DNA from: Polyangiales bacterium
Lineage (GTDB): Bacteria; Myxococcota_A; Polyangia; Polyangiales; Polyangiaceae
NCBI GenBank assembly: GCA_038231275.1
Contig: JBBRLQ010000059.1
Span: 1-20,663, forward strand
DNA length: 20,663 bases
Direction of reading: 5' to 3'
Below, piece by piece: positions 14,667 to 20,663 of this stretch. The translations under genes were made by a program, and so were the position numbers. A model generated the notes under the pieces. The model searched no databases, had not been told where the DNA came from, and saw only the letters and a program-made list of their open reading frames with translations. Each line of letters starts with the position of its first letter. Positions within the stretch are counted from its first letter, which is position 1.

Positions 14667-15407
14667 GTGCTCACCCGAAAACAAGCGAAGGAGCAACGGC
14701 GAGGGATCCAGCGCGACATCAACCGCGACTTGAAGATGAAGGAGCGCGCGAAGCTGCTCGCGACCCGGCAGAAGCTCCGCGATGCGCACGCCCACAAAAA
14801 GGAGCGCATGAAGGAGCTGGTCGAGCGATGCCGCTCCGAAAGGCTCACCATCCGCGCGCGGCTCAAGGAGATGCGCGCGCGTATCCTGCAGGAGCTGCAC
14901 GACACGGCGCGGCTAGAGCGCCAAGCCGCGCGCGACGCGTGCCTTCTTCGCAAGGGCGACGGAAAGACGACGTGCGCGACGGCGATCGCGTGCGCGCGCC
15001 GCGACTACCTTGCCGAGAAAACCTACCAGCAAGACATGCGACGCATCGAGCGCGCTAACCGCGAGCGCCATCGTGCCGCGCGCGTCCATAGGTCGCGCGC
15101 CGAGCGTCGCAGCGAGTCGGACGATGAAGTGCGCCAGAACATCAGCGCCGAGCTCGTCGCGCTCTTCGAGCGCGTGAAGCGGTCCATCAAGGCGATGCCC
15201 CGCATGTCGCGGACGGAGGTGTTCCTGAAGTACGCGGAGGAGAACCCGCACGAAGTGTTCGCGGTGATCGAGGACAAGACCGAGCGGCTGATTCGCGACC
15301 TCGAGCGAAAACACGCAGAGGCCGTGAGACAAGCGCGCCCTCGCAAGGCGTCAGCCTCGCGCTCTCGTTACACCGCGTCGGAGCTCTCCTCGGCGGTCCC
15401 CTTCTGA
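14667..15407 (+). CDS. Highly basic coiled-coil protein, paralogue of the N-terminal domain of the upstream gene
   Basis: AAGGAG RBS, GTG start; shares MKE.V..CR, ER...RD.C, LFERV, SR.E..L.YAE..P..V.AV motifs. Confidence 0.8.
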   Translation: MLTRKQAKEQRRGIQRDINRDLKMKERAKLLATRQKLRDAHAHKKERMKELVERCRSERLTIRARLKEMRARILQELHDTARLERQAARDACLLRKGDGKTTCATAIACARRDYLAEKTYQQDMRRIERANRERHRAARVHRSRAERRSESDDEVRQNISAELVALFERVKRSIKAMPRMSRTEVFLKYAEENPHEVFAVIEDKTERLIRDLERKHAEAVRQARPRKASASRSRYTASELSSAVPF

Positions 15408-15891
15408 TGCTTGAGGCGTCGACCACCGACAAACACCGCGAAGACCTGCACGCGTGCGGCGATGGAGCGCGCAAATTCCTAGGAACCATCACTGAACGTC
15501 CATCACCCGTGCTTGCATGCGCAGGAAAGATGGACATCGGCCCTGGAAAATGGGCTATCGCTCGATCCCGAGAACCGTGGGGAAGAACATGTAAGCAGCG
15601 CTGAACAAAACGCGAATCGCCGAGTCTGTCACCGTTGGAAGCGGTGGCTGGCTTGGCCAGCAGGACTCGGCGAATCGTCTTACCCGGACGTGAAGCCAGA
15701 GTAGGGGACCTCCATGTCTCGCGCAACCCAAAAAGGAAGCGCCGGCTACAAGGTTCCGAGGTGGCAAGCGTCGAGCGGAAACCCGCTCCGTAAGCCGATT
15801 CGAGCTGCGCATGAGCGGCCAATCCTCTGACTTTGGGCTGCGGGTGCACCGGGCGGGTCCTGGTGCGTGACCGCGAGAAACGAGAGCGACG

Positions 15892-17076
15892 ATGTGGACG
15901 ACGTGGAATCCGGCCGCGGCGATGACGTTGGATACGAGCGATGACCCGGGCCTAAAGAAGCGCCTCCGTTTCCAGGAGCGACTACGAGAACGCTTCGTGA
16001 TGTCGGAGCTGCGCGAGCACTCCACCTTCAGTTCAATGAGGCGCGGGCCTTGGGCCGTCTTCCGCGTGATCCTCGACCATCTCGGGGACCGCCCTGAGGC
16101 CTGGCCTGGCATGCGGCGGATCGGCCGCCAAGCCGGTTACACGAGCCTGCGCTCTGTCGCGGCGTTCGTCCACGCGCTCGAGGCAGGCGGGTTCCTGTGC
16201 TTGCGTCGTGAGCACCTGTCCGACGGTACCGAGAGGATCTTCTACTCGCTTGGCCCCTCGGCGTTCGAGGCGCTCGAGGCCTTCGAGACGCGCTGGCCGC
16301 GAGGGAACGGACCGACGGTCGCCCCCGCAAAGCCACGTCCGGCCCTGGAAACCGTTGCCCCCCCCCCCGCAATGGTTTCTCCGCCCCCCCCCGCAGGGGT
16401 TGCGGGGAAACTAAGATCTCCAGATCTAAGAGAACCTTCTTCTTCTTCGGAAGACCTCCCGATCTGGAACGGCACCGCCGAAAAAGAAGAAATGGATCAA
16501 ACTCCAGTGGTCGAGACGGCGGAAACCAAAGAGGCGGTCGTGCGCGAAGCGTCGACAACAGCCAACACGCCTGTGGAAGACGCTGGCGTCACTGCCGCCC
16601 TTCACGCCATCCTCCGTACGCTCAACCCCACGTGGCTGCTCGCGACGGCACCCTCGCTTGCGACCTACGACGCGGACGTCGTTGTGAAGGCGCGGGCGAT
16701 CCTTCAGAGCCTGCCGCCCGAGGGCGACGCTACGGCGCTGTTCGGCGAAGCCGCCGCCGGCGCAATGCTCAAGTCGAAGGGACAAACGACCCTTCGTTAC
16801 GTGTGCAAGACGTCCGAGCACTTCATCGCGCACGTCGATCGCAAGCGCGCTCACGACGCAACCGAGGCGAAGAAGGCCACCCGCGCCGCTCAGCAGGCCC
16901 GTGACGAGGTTTTCGGAGTATCCACGCGCATCCCCCCCGCTTCAGCTTCTCGGGCTTCGGAGAGGCGTGTAGAAGCGTCGGTTGATGCTATGCGGGCAGC
17001 GATGCAAGCGGCCGCGCGGGAGAGATCGAAGACTGGGGAGTTGTTCCCTGGGGCAATCGAAAGGAAAGCGTCATGA
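15892..17076 (+). CDS. Winged-HTH replication initiator-like protein (phage replisome-organiser / plasmid Rep type)
   Basis: VILDHLGDRPEAWPGMRRIGRQAGYTSLRSVAAFVHALEAGGFL matches HTH_36-like initiators; Pro-rich linker coded by short repeats; start uncertain (15892, 15922 or 16000). Confidence 0.65.
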   Translation: MWTTWNPAAAMTLDTSDDPGLKKRLRFQERLRERFVMSELREHSTFSSMRRGPWAVFRVILDHLGDRPEAWPGMRRIGRQAGYTSLRSVAAFVHALEAGGFLCLRREHLSDGTERIFYSLGPSAFEALEAFETRWPRGNGPTVAPAKPRPALETVAPPPAMVSPPPPAGVAGKLRSPDLREPSSSSEDLPIWNGTAEKEEMDQTPVVETAETKEAVVREASTTANTPVEDAGVTAALHAILRTLNPTWLLATAPSLATYDADVVVKARAILQSLPPEGDATALFGEAAAGAMLKSKGQTTLRYVCKTSEHFIAHVDRKRAHDATEAKKATRAAQQARDEVFGVSTRIPPASASRASERRVEASVDAMRAAMQAAARERSKTGELFPGAIERKAS

Positions 17077-17573
17077 ACACGGCAGAGGCCGCGAAGGTAC
17101 CCCTGCCCTCCTGGCTTACCCACCATGTCTTCGGGATGGTGTCGCTGCGGAGACGCGCAACGCTGGCACTGCTGTTTGCGGCGAGGACGCCGAGCAAAGC
17201 CCTCGCCGCGCGGATCCATGACCTTCCCCGGATAGGCCTACAGGCCGTCGCGAGAGAGGCGATCAAGAGAGCGCGCCTCGGGCTTCCCGAGCTGACCGGG
17301 GCGGAGATCGACGCGATTCACGCGGAGGCCGAAAGGCCTGAGCGCGACGAGCAAGAACGTTGGGAGCAAGAACAGCGACAGCGCGACGAGGACCGGGCCA
17401 CTGAGGATGCCGTGCGGCTTGCGGCGAGGATGACGAGGGAGCAACTCTACGAGCTTGTTGCCGGTCTCGATCACGGTCGCCGCACCATCCTGCGGATGGC
17501 ATTGCTCTTGGCCGCAGCGCCCACGCCAACAAACGTCATCCCAATCGGCCGCGTTCGGGACGCCGTGCTGTAG
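17073..17573 (+). CDS. Hypothetical protein coupled to the rep-like gene
   Basis: ATGA overlap, AAGGA RBS; ends NVIPIGR-type tail. Confidence 0.6.
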   Translation: MNTAEAAKVPLPSWLTHHVFGMVSLRRRATLALLFAARTPSKALAARIHDLPRIGLQAVAREAIKRARLGLPELTGAEIDAIHAEAERPERDEQERWEQEQRQRDEDRATEDAVRLAARMTREQLYELVAGLDHGRRTILRMALLLAAAPTPTNVIPIGRVRDAVL

Positions 17574-17769
17574 ATCTCGACCCGGCCCTCCCCGGCCCTC
17601 CCCGGCTGACCTCGGGCGAAGGCCGCTGGTTCGTGCTTCCCGAGCGTGCTGGGGAGCAGACATTTCTAAGTCACCGGAATTCAGGTCTCTGGGGACTTAA
17701 AATTCTCGCGCGGGTCGTTGTCGAGGATGAGGCGCGCATCCGTGATGCGCTCCTCCGCCCAGGATGGCG

Positions 17770-18080
17770 CCCGCTTACCCGCAGCCCCGCTTACCCGCAG
17801 CCCGGAGTCCCGCAGCCCCGGCATCCCGCAGCCCCGGCATCCCGCAGCCCCGGCATCCCGCAGCCCCGGCATTCCCCGCTTACCCGCAGCCCGGAGTCCC
17901 GCAGCCCCGGCATCCCGCAGCCCCGGCATCATGGCCCCGGCATCCCCCGCTTACCCGCAGCCCCGGAGTCCCGCAGCCCCGGAGTCCCGCAGCCCCGGCA
18001 TCATGGCCGCGGCATTCCCCGCTTACCCGCAGCCCCGGAGTCCCGCAGCCCCGGAGTCCCGCAGCCCCGGCACCCTGCAG
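17770..18080. repeat. Octamer-periodic tandem array (candidate centromere parS/parC or iterons)
   Basis: 15 copies of CCCGCAGC alternating with CCCGGCAT / CCCGGAGT / CCCGCTTA; higher-order 71-72 bp unit starting at 17875, 17946 and 18018; ends ~50 bp upstream of parA. Confidence 0.9.
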
Positions 18081-18129
18081 TACCGCCCACAACTTGGCCC
18101 GGGGTCGGGCGGGCGGGTAGGGTTCGCGC

Positions 18130-18780
18130 ATGTTTGTTATGGCGTTTGTTTCGATGAAAGGCGGGAGCGGGAAGACAACGCTCTGCACCAATGTCGCTGC
18201 CGCGGTTCATGGCACCGGCCAGCGCGTCCTTATTCTCGACGCGGACCCGCAGGGAAGCGCCCTGGCATTTTGCGCCCGAGGCGCCGAGATGAATCACGAC
18301 ACTCCCTCTTGCTTCGCCGTTGACGGCAGCGCGCTTCGCCGCGACGTCGATCGGCTCCGCCCATCGTGGGATCTGATCTGTATCGACTCGCCGGCCCGGC
18401 TGGGCAAGGAGACGCGAAACGCTATCCTCGCCGCGGACATGACGGTGCTGCCGGTCACCCCGGGTCCTTACGACTTGTGGGCAGCCAGGGAGACAGCCGA
18501 AATCATCGAAGAGGCACGCGCGTCGAAAGATGTGATCGCGAGGTCGGTGCTCAACCGAACGTCGCGCACAAAGCTCGCGCAAAAAACAGAGCGTGCACTC
18601 TCCGAGCTTGGAATCGATTCGCTCGACACCACGGTCGGATCGAGAACGGTGTTCGGCGAGGCGGCTCTTGTTGGCCGCGGCGTCGTTAGCCACGCACCAA
18701 CGAGCGATGCCGCTCGCGACGTGCGGCGGCTCGTGTCAGCCATCTTTGCCGCCCACGAGGGCGTGGAGCGAGTCGCCTGA
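18130..18780 (+). CDS. parA: ParA-family (type Ib / ParF-like) partition ATPase
   Basis: Deviant Walker A KGGSGKTT, A' LILDADPQGS, Walker B ICIDSPA; short, no N-terminal HTH. Confidence 0.93.
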   Translation: MFVMAFVSMKGGSGKTTLCTNVAAAVHGTGQRVLILDADPQGSALAFCARGAEMNHDTPSCFAVDGSALRRDVDRLRPSWDLICIDSPARLGKETRNAILAADMTVLPVTPGPYDLWAARETAEIIEEARASKDVIARSVLNRTSRTKLAQKTERALSELGIDSLDTTVGSRTVFGEAALVGRGVVSHAPTSDAARDVRRLVSAIFAAHEGVERVA

Positions 18781-19091
18781 TGAAAGAGCCTCTGTTTTCT
18801 GTTCCGCGCGTAATGCCGAAGCCTGTCGATGAAGCCGCCGCTTCGGCGTTCCTTGCAGACGAGCGGCCCGCGAAGCACGTGGTGGACGCGAGGGAAGGGG
18901 AACTGCGAGCGTCACCGAAGAAGTCGTCGAAGCCGGCGCCCGAACCGGCAATCGCGTCGACGGCATCTTGCCACCTCACGGTTGCTGTCCCTCCCGGCGC
19001 CCTGCGGAAGCTCCGCCAGCGCGCGCTAGACGAAAACACAACGGTGCGCGAGCTCGTCGTCGGGACGCTCGTGCGCGAAGGACTGATCTAG
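18780..19091 (+). CDS. Ribbon-helix-helix partition partner (ParG-like)
   Basis: TGATG coupling to parA; disordered N-terminus and C-terminal HLTVAVPPGALRKLRQRALDENTTVRELVVGTL (beta-alpha-alpha). Confidence 0.75.
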   Translation: MKEPLFSVPRVMPKPVDEAAASAFLADERPAKHVVDAREGELRASPKKSSKPAPEPAIASTASCHLTVAVPPGALRKLRQRALDENTTVRELVVGTLVREGLI

Positions 19092-19212
19092 GCACGTGAA
19101 GCTCGCGAGGCTCTCGGAGCGAGCCCTCCGGAGTCGGGATCGAGCCGCTCGTGGTCACGGTCGGATCGCGCGGCGCGTTCGGTGAAGCGATGCACGGCGG
19201 AGCGCACGCGGT

Positions 19213-19337
19213 CTGGAAACATTCACGGTTCATCGGGCGCCGGCCGGCACGCTCAAGAAGCTCCGTCAGCGCGCCTCGACGAGAACACCACGGTGCGGCA
19301 TCTCGTCCTCGCGCTGCTCACCAGCGCCGGGCTATAG
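19213..19337 (+). pseudogene. Frameshifted second copy of the RHH domain
   Basis: FTVHRAPAGTLKKLRQRA / -1 nt / LDENTTVRHLVLALLTSAGL*, clearly homologous to 18975-19091; in-frame stop upstream at 19183 and no ATG/GTG start. Confidence 0.75.
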
Positions 19338-19472
19338 CCCGATGGGCACGCCGTGGCGCACAGGCCAAGCCCGATGAAGAAGCCTGGTCCCAAGGGATCC
19401 ATGCAGATCGGCGTAGCCAAGTGGCAACTGCCCGCGGGCGGGCGTATATATTCACTAGTACGAGTTTCCCAA

Positions 19473-19646
19473 ATGACCGCGAAGCCCAACTACTCCGAGC
19501 CGACCAGCGACCCGCGCCTCACCGAGGATGCGACGCCGGCCAAAGTGCGCGAGGCGAAGGACGCGGCGCGCCGTGCGCGCATCGCGCTAGCGGTCGAGCA
19601 CTCGCTCTCGGACAATGCCCTTCTGCTCGCTCGTCTCTCGAAGTGA
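19473..19646 (+). CDS. Putative antitoxin of the Doc-family pair
   Basis: 57 aa, ends SDNALLLARLSK like Doc-associated antitoxin tails; GTGA overlap with doc; TATATT -10-like box near 19447. Confidence 0.6.
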   Translation: MTAKPNYSEPTSDPRLTEDATPAKVREAKDAARRARIALAVEHSLSDNALLLARLSK

Positions 19647-20095
19647 AGATCGACGACGTCGTCTTTCTCGACGAGAGCGACGTGGTTGACATGCACGCGC
19701 GTGCTCTCGCAGCCCATGGCGGGCTCGATGGCGTCCGCGAACCGGCAACGCTCGCCGCGACGACGGGCGCTCCTGAGACGGCGGCGCGCAACGGGTACAT
19801 GACAACGATCGCCGAAGTCGCCGCGACCTACGCCTTCGGCTTCGCGCGCACGCAAGTTTTCGTCGACGGGAACAAGCGCACGGCGGTCCTCACGATGACC
19901 GGCTTTCTCGGAGCAAACGGCTACCGTCTCGTGCTCGATCCCGACAAGTGGGAGGCGATCATCCTCGGCGTATCGACGAAGCAGATCGATCGCGACCAGC
20001 TTGCCGTCGTGGTCGCCGAGGAAATGGGTCGCGCTGCGGGCGCGAAGGATTCGGATGGAAGGCCCGTTGCGGTGTGGGGCTCGATCGAGCCATAA
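19643..20095 (+). CDS. doc: Doc/Fic-family (death-on-curing) toxin with variant motif QVFVDGNKR
   Basis: FLDESDVVDMH....HGGLDGVRE..., AATYAFGFARTQVFVDGNKRTA....FLGANGY. Confidence 0.85.
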   Translation: MKIDDVVFLDESDVVDMHARALAAHGGLDGVREPATLAATTGAPETAARNGYMTTIAEVAATYAFGFARTQVFVDGNKRTAVLTMTGFLGANGYRLVLDPDKWEAIILGVSTKQIDRDQLAVVVAEEMGRAAGAKDSDGRPVAVWGSIEP

Positions 20096-20180
20096 ATTTC
20101 CACCTCGGCGACGGTCACCGTCGGCGCTCGCAGCGGAGGGGAAAGCGCCGTCGACGATCGCGCGTGCTCGCGCCAGCATG

Positions 20181-20236
20181 GCAGAGCAGGGGATTGAAAA
20201 TCCCCGTGTCCACGGTTCGATTCTGGTCTCGCCGCA
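20181..20236 (+). pseudogene. Degenerate 3' two-thirds of tRNA-Phe(GAA); probable att site remnant
   Basis: AGAGCA-GGGGA-TTGAAAA-TCCCC-GTGTC...GGTTCGATT: perfect anticodon arm and T-loop, but T-stem mispaired (CACGG/CTGGT), no proper acceptor stem or D-arm 5' strand. Confidence 0.8.
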
Positions 20237-20262
20237 GCGTGCTCCCCGCATTGGGGACTCGG

Positions 20263-20663
20263 TGATGGACGACAATTACTTCTGCAGGTCGACGACAACT
20301 ACTTCTGCAGGTTGATCGCCGTTCTGACGGCGCGTGCGAGGCTCCGGCCCGGAGTTCCGGGCCGGCCCCGGGGCTCCCGGAGCCCCGATGGTCACGGACG
20401 CGCAGGTCAAGTTGCTGAGGAAGAAGATGGCAGAAGGAAAGACGATCGCGACGGCTGCTGCGGCGGCCGGCATGAGCGAGCGCAGCGCGTATGCCTGGAA
20501 GCAGGGAGCGCTGCCTAGCGCAACGAAGACGGGACGGCCATGGCGCACGCGGCCCGATCCGTTCGACGAGGTCTGGGACACCGAGCTGATACCCGTGCTC
20601 AAGGCCGACGAGCACGGCGTGCTCGAGGCCACGACGCTCATCGCCGACCTCCAGAAGCGTCAC
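20263..20663 (+). mobile_element. IS21-family insertion sequence, left end (continues beyond window)
   Basis: TG terminus followed by two 22-bp direct repeats GACGACAA(T/C)TACTTCTGCAGGT (20268-20289, 20291-20312), then istA start. Confidence 0.85.
20388..20663 (+). CDS. istA: IS21 transposase IstA, N-terminal part
   Basis: MVTDAQVKLLRKKMAEGKTIATAAAAAGMSERSAYAW...WRTRPDPFDEVW; open to the window end (absent from the ORF track because no stop). Confidence 0.88.
   Translation, partial: MVTDAQVKLLRKKMAEGKTIATAAAAAGMSERSAYAWKQGALPSATKTGRPWRTRPDPFDEVWDTELIPVLKADEHGVLEATTLIADLQKRH

Larger units (their letters stand above)
2126..20236. mobile_element. Integrated plasmid-like / provirus-like element (left boundary uncertain, may lie outside the window)
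   Basis: Xis-like HTH, putative virion operon, DUF3560, Rep, Par, TA modules, tRNA fragment at right end. Confidence 0.7.

Noticed and set aside
14945..14975. RKGDGKTT as a Walker A motif
   Set aside because: Lacks the first Gly and preceding beta strand, lies in a coiled coil, and is not conserved in the paralogue
15408..15891. Short ORFs or ncRNA upstream of the rep-like gene
   Set aside because: No convincing RBS, coding pattern or structure by eye; probably a promoter/control region, unresolved
17770..18080. CRISPR array
   Set aside because: No unique spacers, units only 8-16 bp, no cas genes
17633..18323. Several overlapping Pro-rich ORFs across the repeat array
   Set aside because: Open only because the repeat lacks stop codons; no RBS or domain
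20165..20240. Functional tRNA-Phe
   Set aside because: Acceptor stem, D-arm and T-stem do not pair properly
20268..20312. Mini-CRISPR or regulatory repeat
   Set aside because: Adjacent 22-bp repeats next to istA are the normal IS21 terminal transposase-binding repeats

Overview
High-GC bacterial window; gene style suggests a myxobacterium-like host (inference only). Most of it appears to be one integrated accessory element. Left to right: the C-terminus of an Rpn-like protein, a decayed tyrosine recombinase, a GAF-like/spermidine-synthase-like methyltransferase and a divergent Xis-type HTH gene. Next is a ~9.2 kb tightly coupled + strand operon (3347-12593) that reads like the morphogenesis module of a tailless, membrane-containing virus. 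It encodes a candidate single jelly-roll protein, a Cys-His-Asp transglutaminase-like enzyme, a LysM/repeat protein, a protein with an amphipathic helix and a VGG repeat array, a two-domain beta protein, a membrane-anchored muramidase-like protein and paralogous tail-anchored proteins. A plasmid-type backbone follows: DUF3560 fusion, HTH replication initiator, octamer-periodic repeat array, ParA plus RHH partner, and an antitoxin/Doc pair. It ends in a degenerate tRNA-Phe 3' fragment (att-like) and the left end of an IS21-family element. I could not recognise a terminase, portal, tail, packaging ATPase, relaxase or T4SS gene. Best candidate for novel biology: a plasmid-like provirus whose putative structural proteins share (M/x)VGG motifs that may be sites for the co-encoded cysteine enzyme. 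All family calls are by eye, with no database searches.
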